This document shows positions 15,228-24,442 of a stretch of DNA of 40,810 nt, in pieces (position 1 is the stretch's first letter; every line of letters starts with the position of its first letter). The DNA is taken from positions 1 to 40,810 of the IMG/VR virus record IMGVR_UViG_3300035156_000145, one strand, 5' to 3'. Made by a program: the position numbers and the translations under genes. The stretch is from a virus. A model generated the notes under the pieces. That model was given only the letters and a program-made list of their open reading frames with translations, ran no database searches and was not told where the DNA came from.

Positions 15228-15638
15228 TTATGCGACGCCTTTTACCTTTTCTAGCGTCCTCATGCCACCCAAACCGAGCATCCCGAGCAGGATGGTGCTC
15301 ATTTCCGTGAAGTCTAGCACGGGCAGGTCAATTGGATTCCCGCTTGCCGCCATGATGAAGGCACCAGCCGGAGCAATGACAAACTTGTACGCGAACGCCG
15401 CGCCACAGGTCCAGCCGATGAACGGGCGCCAGGATGACGCGAACGTGTTTCCGCTCGCCGCCTCGGCCTTGTTCACTTCGATCTGCCCAGTTGCCAAGCG
15501 AACTTCCGCGTCCAGTTGCGCCAGCTCGCCACGCTGCGCCATTTCCATAATCTGCACCTTGGCAGCGGCAGCGGCTTGCGGGTCGGGGAAGAACTTGTCT
15601 ACGAGGGTGCCGAGCAGCGGCAGTAGGGCGGCGATCAT
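15228..15638 (-). CDS. Three-TM holin-like protein (GTA_holin_3TM-type)
   Basis: N-terminus LLGTLVDKFFPDPQAAAAAKVQ...NKAEAASGNTFASSWRPFIGWTCGAAFAY is typical of the 3TM holin family. Last gene of the lysis cassette. Confidence 0.65.
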   Translation of the reverse strand: MIAALLPLLGTLVDKFFPDPQAAAAAKVQIMEMAQRGELAQLDAEVRLATGQIEVNKAEAASGNTFASSWRPFIGWTCGAAFAYKFVIAPAGAFIMAASGNPIDLPVLDFTEMSTILLGMLGLGGMRTLEKVKGVA

Positions 15639-15640
15639 AA

Positions 15641-15769
15641 TTAACCTTTCGGGTTTGCGTTGAAGATTGCGCCAAGACGGCGCGGAACTGTGGCGAGTAC
15701 GTACAGCAGGCCAAGTGCCCCGGCGACCATGCCGACGACGAACGTCAGCAGGAAGCCGAGCCAGATCAC
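15641..15769 (-). CDS. Small membrane peptide (42 aa), unlisted in ORF track; possible holin/antiholin partner
   Basis: GTG overlaps the endolysin stop (GTGA). Hand translation VIWLGFLLTFVVGMVAGALGLLYVLATVPRRLGAIFNANPKG. Confidence 0.4.
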   Translation of the reverse strand: MIWLGFLLTFVVGMVAGALGLLYVLATVPRRLGAIFNANPKG

Positions 15770-16302
15770 GCGATGCCCACGCGCTTTTGCATCCAGCCGA
15801 AGAAGAACGCCTCGTTTGCCGGGCGCTTTTCCGTGATTTCCAGATACCGCGCGCCTTGGAGGCAGTTGAGCGTGCGCGCTATGACCGCCTCGCCCTCATA
15901 GCCGCGTTTGGCGATCAGCGAGCGCAGCGCCGCAATGGTTGCCGGGCCGATCTGCCCATCTACCACGAGGTCCGGGTATAGCTTGGCCTCTTGGTTCAGC
16001 GCGTTGAGGATGCGCTGCAGCCACGGCCCAGGCACGCTCACACCCATGTTGACGCCGGTGTCGATCATTTCCTCGGCAATGCCAGGGGAGACGGCCTGCA
16101 CCTTGGCAAAGCCCGGCTCATTGATGTACTGCCGCGTGTAGATCGCCACGGCCATATCGCGCTTAAAGTCGCGCATCAGGCCTGTGTAGCCATTCGCGCG
16201 CGCAACCGCCTCAGTGATGCCGTACGCGGTCGGCCCGCCACGGTCGGCCACGTGGTTGACGTAGCCGCCTTCCCGGTCAATTAGGTCATCGATAAGTTTC
16301 AT
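15766..16302 (-). CDS. Endolysin, glycoside hydrolase family 108 with peptidoglycan-binding domain
   Basis: REGGYVNHVADRGGPTAYGIT catalytic motif of GH108. C-terminal PG_binding_3-like region (DGQIGPATIAALR). Confidence 0.85.
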   Translation of the reverse strand: MKLIDDLIDREGGYVNHVADRGGPTAYGITEAVARANGYTGLMRDFKRDMAVAIYTRQYINEPGFAKVQAVSPGIAEEMIDTGVNMGVSVPGPWLQRILNALNQEAKLYPDLVVDGQIGPATIAALRSLIAKRGYEGEAVIARTLNCLQGARYLEITEKRPANEAFFFGWMQKRVGIA

Positions 16303-16592
16303 TTGCGCTGCGACCTTTCAAGGTTGTCAATACGTTGGGTGAGCAGGTCTTGCACGCGGCGTGCTTCGTATTGCGCGTCCTTGATCAACTCCACGCGGTT
16401 ATCGCGCTCGTCGACGCGCTTCTCCAACTTGGCTGTGTTGGAAATGAGCTGGTCGAGCTTGTTGGACTGGCCGGCGACGCTCCACACCATCGCGGCCATC
16501 GTCATCAAAATTGCGGCGAATGAAGAAATTAGCCAGGTAAGGGGTAGTTGCATATCAACGACTCTCGGTAAAGGTGGGGTAGGGGCTGTCAT
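16299..16592 (-). CDS. N-terminally anchored coiled-coil membrane protein (spanin- or holin-associated)
   Basis: TM segment LTWLISSFAAILMTMAAMVWSV followed by a charged coiled coil. First gene of the lysis cassette. An alternative start lies at 16553. Confidence 0.55.
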   Translation of the reverse strand: MTAPTPPLPRVVDMQLPLTWLISSFAAILMTMAAMVWSVAGQSNKLDQLISNTAKLEKRVDERDNRVELIKDAQYEARRVQDLLTQRIDNLERSQRK

Positions 16593-16651
16593 GGGTTGGC
16601 CTATCGTTTATGGGCTGTCGTAATCTGCGGGGATTGGGCAGGCTTGGGGTG

Positions 16652-17992
16652 TTACGCGCTGGTGGAATCCGTGATCAGACCGAGGTTGGAAAGGGCGGTG
16701 AGCAGGGAGGCTAGTGCAGCATTGCCGCCCCGCGAGCCGGTGACAGTTGGCCGGGTGGTGCCGCCCGCGCCGAAAAAACCAAGCCCGCCATCAGCCTTAA
16801 AAGTCAGGTGGCGAACGCTGAGGTCTGATTTTTCGATATGGCACCGGTCTGTACTTGGGTTCCAGTCGCACAGGAAATTGCCATCTGCTCGCGTTGTAAT
16901 GCGAATGCCCTGGCTCATTCGCGGCTTCAATGCGGGGAATTCAAGGATCGGGGCCACGCCAGCATAGGCGCGCATGTAGCAGTCGAACGCCGGCAGACCG
17001 GATGCCGTAGTTGCGAAATTGAACAACAGCCGGTCCGGCGTTTCCTCGTAGGTCACATTGAAGCGGTTGCCGCCTGGGTCAGCGGCGAGGGTGGAGCGCT
17101 GGAACAGCAAGTCGGTGCTGCCGCCCAACGTGCTCGGCTGCGCCTGCAAAAAGTGGCTGTCCGTAGTGAAGGCCAGGCCACGATAGAAGCCGGTTGCAGT
17201 GCCGGCTGCGCCGTTTTGCAGGTACATGACTGTGTTGCCTGTCGCAGCATCGATAATGTCGAGCTTTACAGCCGATGCCCGGTTGAAGCGCAGTCCACCC
17301 GAAATCGCGTTTGATGCGGACTTGCTGACGCCGCCAACGATCAGCGTTACAGCATCGCCCGAGGTGTAGGAGTCGGCGAACACGTCCGGCGAGGCGTCGA
17401 CCACGTACGAGCCGGGCGGGATGTGATATGCGCCATTGGTTGCCGCGCGCGCGAGGGTGAACGCGGCAGTATCGTTTGTGGTGCCGTCGCCCTTGGCGCC
17501 GAAGTCCTTGACGCTCTTGCGGCTGTCGCGCAGCTTGTCGCGCACGTTGCGCAAGACTGCGCCGGTGCTCGCCTGGATGAAGCCCATAAACGTCGAGCCG
17601 GCAGAAGTGGCGAGGTCTTGCAGCCATTTGCCCACTGTGTTGCTCCCGTACACAGTAGCGTAGAGGAAGCCCATCAGTCCGGCCCCGGCGGCGCCCGCGA
17701 GTGTGCCCGCCATGACGGGCGTCTCGAAGTTGTCGATGGGATATCCGGTCACCTGTACGCCGGCAGCGGTGCGCAAGTCAACCTTGTAGTTGCCTTCCCA
17801 ATAAATCAGCGCCTCGCCCTTGGCATCGAGCGTGATCGGGTTCTCATGCGGTACAGTGCCTTCCGCGTCCTGAAACGTCTCTTTGGGCGTACTTGTGCCC
17901 GCTTCGTAGGTGTAAAGCTTGCAGCCGGCAGCAGGAACGCCCGCGTTCGTCCAGCCACGGGCGCGGCCTGGCGGCATCAGAAAAGTATTCAT
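16652..17992 (-). CDS. Tailspike / tail fibre with pectate-lyase-like beta-helix depolymerase domain
   Basis: VKDFGAKGDGTTNDTAAF motif of Pectate_lyase_3-type tailspikes. N-terminal conserved fibre-head region. Confidence 0.75.
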   Translation of the reverse strand: MNTFLMPPGRARGWTNAGVPAAGCKLYTYEAGTSTPKETFQDAEGTVPHENPITLDAKGEALIYWEGNYKVDLRTAAGVQVTGYPIDNFETPVMAGTLAGAAGAGLMGFLYATVYGSNTVGKWLQDLATSAGSTFMGFIQASTGAVLRNVRDKLRDSRKSVKDFGAKGDGTTNDTAAFTLARAATNGAYHIPPGSYVVDASPDVFADSYTSGDAVTLIVGGVSKSASNAISGGLRFNRASAVKLDIIDAATGNTVMYLQNGAAGTATGFYRGLAFTTDSHFLQAQPSTLGGSTDLLFQRSTLAADPGGNRFNVTYEETPDRLLFNFATTASGLPAFDCYMRAYAGVAPILEFPALKPRMSQGIRITTRADGNFLCDWNPSTDRCHIEKSDLSVRHLTFKADGGLGFFGAGGTTRPTVTGSRGGNAALASLLTALSNLGLITDSTSA

Positions 17993-18000
17993 GGTGTCCC

Positions 18001-18030
18001 AATAAAAAAGCCCCGCACAAGGCAGGGCTG
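18001..18030 (-). terminator. Rho-independent terminator just upstream of the tailspike gene
   Basis: Minus strand: CAGCCCTGCCTTGTGCGGGGCTTTTTTATT. Confidence 0.65.
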
Positions 18031-18159
18031 TTGATGTGATTTCAGGTGAGGCGGGCGAACGGTGGTATTCTTATGGTATGGAATACATCGACTACATTTG
18101 GATTAAAGCTGGCTTAATCGTGCTTGCGGCCTTCCTATACGGGCTGTTCGGCGGCGACG

Positions 18160-19851
18160 TTAGCGATTAACCGCGACCGGGGCAGCGCCGTAGATACTTT
18201 CCAGCAGCTTGTTAGTGCGCGCAGACATAGGGCCAGGGCCATCAAGTAGCATGTTTTTTAAGCCATTGCTGTTCAGAAGCGCATTGGTGCCGCGCCCCAC
18301 GCCAACTCCAACAGCCAAGCCAGGCAATCCGCCTGTGACAGCGCCGCCGACTCCTAAAACAGCCCGTTGCATTGAGCCGTGCGCGCCTTCCCGAGCCTTG
18401 ACGAACTGAGCGGATATATCGGCCAACTCCTGCAAATCCTTATTGCCGATGTTCTTCATGTTCGCCAGCCGTGCAACTGAGATTTCGCCCTCGGCACCGT
18501 TCTTTGCCACCTTTTCAAGCGCCATCATGTTGCCGTACTGCTTGCGCGTTTCCGCGAAGGCGGCTGCTTTGGTCGGCCCGATTGAGCGGTTGAGTGCCTC
18601 AATTAATGCCTTCTTCATTTCGATAGCGTGGAATGCTTCCGGCGTGTTGCGGGCGCCGATCCGATCCAGTGTGCGCTTGATGTTGTAGGCTGCCTGTCCG
18701 TAGACTTCGCCAGTCGCGCCCTTTTCAAGCAGTTCGTCAATCTGCCCCTTGATGGCCTTGAAGCCGTCCGCGCCCAGCTCGCGGTTCGCTGCCGCCTCAA
18801 TTGAGCCGATTTCGTTCATGAAATCGTTGTCGATGCGTACCGTATTATTTTTCAGTACATCGTCGAACTTCGCGCCAAGCACATCCTGCGCCTTGCGCAG
18901 TGCCCCGGTCACATTGTCCGAGTCCTGCCCGAACGTGCGTGACAGTGCGCGGTTAAGCCCTGACTCCATCTTGTTCATTGTCCCAGCTCGGCCACTGAAC
19001 GGCACATAGTCCAGTGCGGACGCCAGTGCATTGAGCGGCTTGCTATTGGCGATTCGGTCCGCTGGGATCGTGATACCCAATTCTTTCGCGCGGCGAGCAA
19101 GCGCGGCCACCTCGGCGGACACCTTCCCGCCAACGACTGAGTTGCGAACTGCGCCGCCGATGGCACCGGCCAGCTTCGTTGCACCAGGCAGCACCGTACC
19201 GACACCAGCGCCGGTCAATCCGTTCTTTGGGTCAACCATCGTAGCCGACGCGCCGCCACTGATCGCGCCGCCTGCCATGCGGGTAAGCAGATTGCCGCCC
19301 GGACCAGCAGTAAAGCCACTCGTACGGACTGCGGTTGCCAGATTGTTGACAGCGGGCGCCGACATACCGACACGAGCGAGCACAGGAGCAGAGCGCACGA
19401 TACCCTGTCCGATTGCCCCGCCTGCGCCCATCGTGCCGGCCACTTCCGTAGCAAGCTTGCCAGTCTGGTACGTGAACGACTTTGGATCGGCGCCGGCATA
19501 TTCCAGGCCATCATCCATTGCTTGCCGGCGTTCCTCGTTGCGAGAAAGCTTCGGCTTACCAGTGACCAAACCTGAAATGCTCGGTCCACGGTCGTTGTAG
19601 TACGCGTCCTTTGCCTTGTCGAGAGGCCAGAGAATAGTTGCGCCAATGGAGCCAGCGCCGCGCAGGGCGCCGCCAACAAGGTTCCCGGCACTTTGCCCAA
19701 GCTCTCCGATTAGCGAAGGTTGCTCGATAACAATCGGAGTAGGCTTCACAGGCGTTGCGCTGACTACTTCGTCATCGTCCCAGGGGTTGGCGACTTTCTT
19801 TGCGGCCTTTGGCTTGCTGATAACCTCGTCGTTGTCCCAAGGATTAGCCAT
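18160..19851 (-). CDS. Internal virion / DNA-ejection protein (563 aa, Gly-rich)
   Basis: Large Gly/Ala-rich protein with repeated ANPWD(N/D)DEV N-terminal motifs. Position fits podovirus ejection proteins. Confidence 0.6.
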   Translation of the reverse strand: MANPWDNDEVISKPKAAKKVANPWDDDEVVSATPVKPTPIVIEQPSLIGELGQSAGNLVGGALRGAGSIGATILWPLDKAKDAYYNDRGPSISGLVTGKPKLSRNEERRQAMDDGLEYAGADPKSFTYQTGKLATEVAGTMGAGGAIGQGIVRSAPVLARVGMSAPAVNNLATAVRTSGFTAGPGGNLLTRMAGGAISGGASATMVDPKNGLTGAGVGTVLPGATKLAGAIGGAVRNSVVGGKVSAEVAALARRAKELGITIPADRIANSKPLNALASALDYVPFSGRAGTMNKMESGLNRALSRTFGQDSDNVTGALRKAQDVLGAKFDDVLKNNTVRIDNDFMNEIGSIEAAANRELGADGFKAIKGQIDELLEKGATGEVYGQAAYNIKRTLDRIGARNTPEAFHAIEMKKALIEALNRSIGPTKAAAFAETRKQYGNMMALEKVAKNGAEGEISVARLANMKNIGNKDLQELADISAQFVKAREGAHGSMQRAVLGVGGAVTGGLPGLAVGVGVGRGTNALLNSNGLKNMLLDGPGPMSARTNKLLESIYGAAPVAVNR

Positions 19852-21123
19852 TTATTTCTTCCTCATGATCTTGCCGTCAGGCGTGATGAATTCGGCGCCG
19901 GATGGCACGTTGTCGTAGTCGGCGGCGGTTTTGAGTTGTATCGGCGCGGCGGGAGGGCGGGGCGCTCCGGATTTCCCCGAGACACGATTCTTTGCTGCCA
20001 CCATGTCGGTAGTGATTCGACCGATGGATTCGCGGAACGCAGCCTCACCCATGTTCGGATTCAGCGCACCAACGGCGGCGGTCAGTTTCTTGCCTTCAGC
20101 ATCAGATAGTGCGCCCATTCCTTTGAGCTGGGAAACCATCGGAATGAATGCTTGCGACTGGAACGTGTCCAATTCCGCTTGAAAGTTAGCCGACTTCGAC
20201 CCTGGAAGGGTTGGGAACTTGCCGACAAGGCCAACCGAATTTGACAGACCCTCGTGCTTACTGAGGCGGTCAAGGGTGCCGAGCATCGTTTCAAAGCTGG
20301 CAACCTGGCTTGCTTTCGTCATATCCAGAACATCATTCTTCTGCTCGCGCTTTAGACGATTTTCTTCGACGCGGGTTCCGTTGAAGTCGCGCGCGCGGTC
20401 ATCGCTCATGTCCTGCCCACGCATCGATACACTACGCCCGGCTGCTGCGGTTGCCGACGTCATGTTCTGGCCCCTGACCTGAACCGCTGTTTGCTCTTTG
20501 TTGTTGCGCACAGTCTCGTCAAACTTCTGCACATCGAGGTCGAAGCCCTTGGCCTTATATCCTGCTTCAATGCGCTGCAATTCCGTCATCGACTGCTGAC
20601 CGGCCTGTGCCACATAAGCGGGGTCGTACTGCTCGGGGATTTGCGATACATCCATATTCCGAGCGGCCATCGCCTGCCGGCCTTGCGTGTATGTCACCTG
20701 GTCTTTGGCGGCACCGATCACTTGATTGATGAAGCCCATTTGCTCACGTGCCAGATCGAACTGCGCCTTCTCGGCTAGGCGCTGATCCTTGAGTGTCTTG
20801 GCGGCCGACTCGTCCAAATCGGCGTAGTTCTTCTGAATGCCGGGCAGCTTCGCTCCTAAGCCAGCTTGCGCGGCCCCTGTATAGAGTTTGTTACGATCCG
20901 TCTTGCCATCGGCTCCGACCGCCGAGCGATACACGTCCGCAAGTTGCGCCTCCTGCTGAATGCCACGCGTGTACTCTGCGGCTTTCTGCTGGTTGAGCAT
21001 CATGGCAAGCTTGTTCTGCTGCCCGGCCATCGCTTCCGCGTCTAGCTCGGCCACCGACTTAGGCGGGCGCAGGAGGTTGTTGTAAATGCTGGTGTCGACT
21101 TGTGCCATGCTTATGCGCTCCAA
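19852..21123 (-). CDS. Internal virion / ejection protein (423 aa, coiled-coil rich)
   Basis: Gln/Ala-rich coiled-coil composition within the ejection-protein cluster. An alternative start lies at 21108. Confidence 0.6.
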   Translation of the reverse strand: MERISMAQVDTSIYNNLLRPPKSVAELDAEAMAGQQNKLAMMLNQQKAAEYTRGIQQEAQLADVYRSAVGADGKTDRNKLYTGAAQAGLGAKLPGIQKNYADLDESAAKTLKDQRLAEKAQFDLAREQMGFINQVIGAAKDQVTYTQGRQAMAARNMDVSQIPEQYDPAYVAQAGQQSMTELQRIEAGYKAKGFDLDVQKFDETVRNNKEQTAVQVRGQNMTSATAAAGRSVSMRGQDMSDDRARDFNGTRVEENRLKREQKNDVLDMTKASQVASFETMLGTLDRLSKHEGLSNSVGLVGKFPTLPGSKSANFQAELDTFQSQAFIPMVSQLKGMGALSDAEGKKLTAAVGALNPNMGEAAFRESIGRITTDMVAAKNRVSGKSGAPRPPAAPIQLKTAADYDNVPSGAEFITPDGKIMRKK

Positions 21124-21905
21124 GAGCCGGGGGTGACGTTCTGTGCGCCCGCGTACTGCGGACGCTCGTTGTACTGATTCCAGGCGCTCAGGCCTTGATT
21201 GAGGGCGCCCGTCAGTGCATTACCCTGCGCAAGATAGCTAGACGCGCGCGCATTGCCGGCGCCGATCAGATTGTTTCCTGCGATCTGGCCCGAGTTCATC
21301 ATGCCGTTGCCTACATTGCTGCCAAGTTGCGCCGCGCCGCTGCCGTTCTGGTTGGCTGCGATCTGGCCGACGCCAGCGAGAGAGGCGAGCTTGTTGTATC
21401 GGCCCTCCTGATTGCCTTTGAAGCGCGCGAATGCGTTGCCGTATTCGTTGCTGGCGAAGTTCTGGTTGTACTGCGACGCGGCTTTCAATGCGGCGCCCGA
21501 GAGCAGGCCGCCACGAGCCGCCGCCGAGTTGGTAATGCCCTTCATACCCTCGGCCTGGCGGAAGGCGTAGCCGGGGTCCTGCTGAAAGTCGGACATGCCG
21601 AAATCGCGCATCAAGTCGCCGCCCTTGCCGGTTCCTTGCGTAAGCTGGTTCAGCGCGTTGCTGCCCGCCAGCCGCCACGGCTCACGATCCGCACGCGCCT
21701 GTGCATCCATGCGCTCCTGATATGCCCGCGCCTCACGTTCGGACTGCAACGTCTGCGCGCTTGCATCTCGCGCACTGTCGGCCTGCGTTTGCGCGGCCTT
21801 CTTTGCGCTGCGACCTCCAATAAGCCCCCCGACAATAGATGCTCCGCCACCGATAAGCGCGGCGACCCCTGGTGTTATTGCGGCAATTGCTGGCATGTTT
21901 TCCAC
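21111..21905 (-). CDS. Internal virion / ejection protein (264 aa)
   Basis: N-terminal Gly-rich hydrophobic segment and Gly/Asn/Ala-rich body. Clustered with the other ejection proteins. Confidence 0.55.
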   Translation of the reverse strand: MENMPAIAAITPGVAALIGGGASIVGGLIGGRSAKKAAQTQADSARDASAQTLQSEREARAYQERMDAQARADREPWRLAGSNALNQLTQGTGKGGDLMRDFGMSDFQQDPGYAFRQAEGMKGITNSAAARGGLLSGAALKAASQYNQNFASNEYGNAFARFKGNQEGRYNKLASLAGVGQIAANQNGSGAAQLGSNVGNGMMNSGQIAGNNLIGAGNARASSYLAQGNALTGALNQGLSAWNQYNERPQYAGAQNVTPGSWSA

Positions 21906-22351
21906 TCCTGTTTAGTAATTCCAAGCATGATCTGGTCGATCAATTCGCCGTTCCGCATGAAGCTGGCGCGGTTGATGCCCTCTTGCTGCATCCCGCCAGC
22001 CTTGGCAAAACGCAGGGCAGGGCGGTTGTATGCAGGCACGGTCGTAATCATTTTCTGGCAGTCAGTGTCCTCGAATGCCCAAGCAAGCAGCAGTTGAGCC
22101 GCGTCCTTAGCCTGCTGGCCCCAGGTGCGAGGCAGCAAGCACGTATGCATTTCGTAGCACACGGAGTTGTGCGCGTGGACCATGAACACGCCGGCCGGCG
22201 CGCCGTCATCGATCAGCATCCAGTGCACAGCCTCGTTGTCGAGGATCGGCACGAACTCCGCCGTTGCATCGTCGTGAATATGTGGCCAGATAGCAGGGTC
22301 GGAGACGATGCGGCCGACTAGCCCCATATCACGAGTCCGGGCCAGGATCAC
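21875..22351 (-). CDS. GNAT-family N-acetyltransferase
   Basis: C-terminal AYNRPALRFAKAGGMQQEG...GELIDQIMLGITKQEW matches the GNAT acetyl-CoA-binding core and tail. Confidence 0.7.
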   Translation of the reverse strand: MILARTRDMGLVGRIVSDPAIWPHIHDDATAEFVPILDNEAVHWMLIDDGAPAGVFMVHAHNSVCYEMHTCLLPRTWGQQAKDAAQLLLAWAFEDTDCQKMITTVPAYNRPALRFAKAGGMQQEGINRASFMRNGELIDQIMLGITKQEWKTCQQLPQ

Positions 22352-22680
22352 GTTACCTCGCGGCCCGATGCGCGAATGCTGATGCCCGTCGCGCTGGCAA
22401 GGGTGCTGATCAAGCCGCCAGCCTCTAGTACATGGCCCACGACCTCCGGGAATGTGTAGCTCAGCCCTGCGCCGATGTTTACGGTCTTGACGACGGTGTT
22501 GTCAGCCGATGCAGCGTCGCCGCTCGTGACAAGATTAACTGTCAGCGTTAGCGCGCCTGCCGTGGTATTGGTCGCGGTGAATTTGTCGACAATCGCGCGC
22601 AAGTTGATTGCTGCGTACTGTGTCGTTTGCGCAGCTTCTGCCATCTTGGCCGGGATAAGAACTTTCAGGGTAACGCTCAT
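22348..22680 (-). CDS. Hypothetical virion protein (110 aa)
   Basis: Coupled ORF in the structural module. Confidence 0.55.
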   Translation of the reverse strand: MSVTLKVLIPAKMAEAAQTTQYAAINLRAIVDKFTATNTTAGALTLTVNLVTSGDAASADNTVVKTVNIGAGLSYTFPEVVGHVLEAGGLISTLASATGISIRASGREVT

Positions 22681-23036
22681 GGTTTCAATCCTTGTTCAAT
22701 GTCGTTCATTTTGCCGCTCAAGACAGCGAGCAATTCGGAAAGCTGGCGTACTTCGGTTTGTAAAAACTCGATCTGCTCGACTATTTGCAGTGGTGGAATC
22801 AGGTATTCGTCAGTCAGCAATTGCGGTTGCGGCGCCGGGGCAATCTCCAAGGCATCTATGCTGATTGCGGTAGCCGGAATGCTCGGGGTATCGCTGCTAT
22901 CACCCACCTTGTTTAGTAGGTGTCGGAATGCTTCGACTGTCGGGCGATCCATACCCGCATTGAACAGCGTGTTCTCGCTAATCTGGAAGCGGGCTGGGCG
23001 CCGAGCTGGGCGCACGAAATCTTCATCAGAATTCAT
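22677..23036 (-). CDS. Hypothetical virion protein (119 aa)
   Basis: Coupled ORF in the structural module. C-terminal coiled coil. Confidence 0.55.
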   Translation of the reverse strand: MNSDEDFVRPARRPARFQISENTLFNAGMDRPTVEAFRHLLNKVGDSSDTPSIPATAISIDALEIAPAPQPQLLTDEYLIPPLQIVEQIEFLQTEVRQLSELLAVLSGKMNDIEQGLKP

Positions 23037-24442
23037 GACGTGCCTACCTGAGCTTCGATGAAGGCGCCTTGCAGCGCGATCTTGGCGTCTGCCGTGGTCG
23101 ACACTTCAAACACCCGATCACGACCGGAGCCGAGACGATTGAAGCAAGGCTTGTTGCGGAATTGCCCGGTCTTGCCGAGCGACACAGTCTGCAATGCGGA
23201 CCACGTATTCCCGCCATCGTCGGAGTAGCGCAACGACACCTGCGGGTCTGCATCGACCACGCCTACGCCAGCCTGCATGTCCAGCACCAGGCGGCTAAAG
23301 AACTGCCGTGCGCCGTCTGCGGTCATGTGCTGGAACGACTTCACTCGCGGGATTGCTGCGCCGTTGTCAGTGAAGGTATCGAGGTCAAGCTCATAAATCG
23401 CGCCACTCTCGTAGTCGCCAACGAGGTGCTTGCGGTCGTAGAACACATGGCAGTTGTCACGCACGCGCTCAAGCTGATTGCTCGGTGTGCGATATGCGCG
23501 CTCATGCCAGAGGGCCGTCGCAGCGTCGAAAGCCCAGGTCTTGCCGGCAGTCGGAAATGTCAGGACATAAAACGAGTGCCCCGCCTGCTGGTAGCTGTAG
23601 GCGAACGCGTCATCAATCCGCGCGTACTTGCGCATTTCTTCCTCGATTGCATGCGTGCTGATCCGCACAGCCTGATAGCCTTGTGCGCGCCATACCATCG
23701 CATCGCCACGCTCATCGGCGCCGACCCAAATTATCGAGTTATCCATGCGGACGGGCGAGTGAGGGGCAGCGCATCCAGCTTCCTGAGTAGCGCCGCCGAT
23801 TCGCTCAAGGATGAAGTCTGCGCCACTGGTAGCGAACACCTCGCCCGAGTTCTCGCCGAAGAACCACACTTCGTTGTGATCGCGGATCATGCGAACGATC
23901 TTGTCCGGGGAATACTCGGCGGATGCGAAATCGAGCGCGTCAAGCGTCAGATCATAGGCGCCAGTGGTGAAAAACTGCTGCGTACCGGGACGATTGAACA
24001 CGAAGAACCCGCTGACGAACTCCACGAAGTCAGAGCCATACCAGCCGTCGCCCGACATATAGCCGGTCAGGTAAGTTATCAGGTTGACGGTCGGCGCGCT
24101 TGTCGTCCCATCGGTGAACACAGCGCTTATGCCATTGTCGGCAGCGTAGACCGGGCCAGAAGTGGACGCCAGGCCGCACAGATCGACCCAGGCGCCCGCG
24201 TTGTAACGGTACAGACGCGACCCGCCAACCGCGTATAGGTCGCCCGTGCTGGCCTTCCACATGCCGCGAACAGGCGCAGCCGGCAGCGTGGACCACAGTT
24301 TGCGCCCCGGCGTGCCGTAGAAAGTCATCGGTGCTGCTGCGTCAGCCGGGTTGAGCTCCGGATACAGGTTAACGCAACGCTGTGCGGACGCAATCAGGCT
24401 GCGGCTCGTGTAAGACGCAGAGGCGAGGGTGACGCGGCGCAT
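23033..24442 (-). CDS. Head-completion / packaged-DNA stabilisation protein (P22 gp10-like position)
   Basis: 469-aa beta-rich protein directly after the adaptor gene. N-terminal CVNLYPE motif is seen in the phage stabilisation protein family. Confidence 0.5.
   Translation of the reverse strand: MRRVTLASASYTSRSLIASAQRCVNLYPELNPADAAAPMTFYGTPGRKLWSTLPAAPVRGMWKASTGDLYAVGGSRLYRYNAGAWVDLCGLASTSGPVYAADNGISAVFTDGTTSAPTVNLITYLTGYMSGDGWYGSDFVEFVSGFFVFNRPGTQQFFTTGAYDLTLDALDFASAEYSPDKIVRMIRDHNEVWFFGENSGEVFATSGADFILERIGGATQEAGCAAPHSPVRMDNSIIWVGADERGDAMVWRAQGYQAVRISTHAIEEEMRKYARIDDAFAYSYQQAGHSFYVLTFPTAGKTWAFDAATALWHERAYRTPSNQLERVRDNCHVFYDRKHLVGDYESGAIYELDLDTFTDNGAAIPRVKSFQHMTADGARQFFSRLVLDMQAGVGVVDADPQVSLRYSDDGGNTWSALQTVSLGKTGQFRNKPCFNRLGSGRDRVFEVSTTADAKIALQGAFIEAQVGTS

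Noticed and set aside
21102-22097. 331-aa plus-strand ORF. Similar long antisense ORFs occur at 9044-9961, 10923-11681, 23069-24238, 25423-26691 and 29594-30493.
   Set aside because: All lie antisense to genes with clear functional motifs (ejection proteins, capsid, terminase and others). All are Arg/Ala/Gly/His-rich, as expected for shadow frames in GC-rich DNA.
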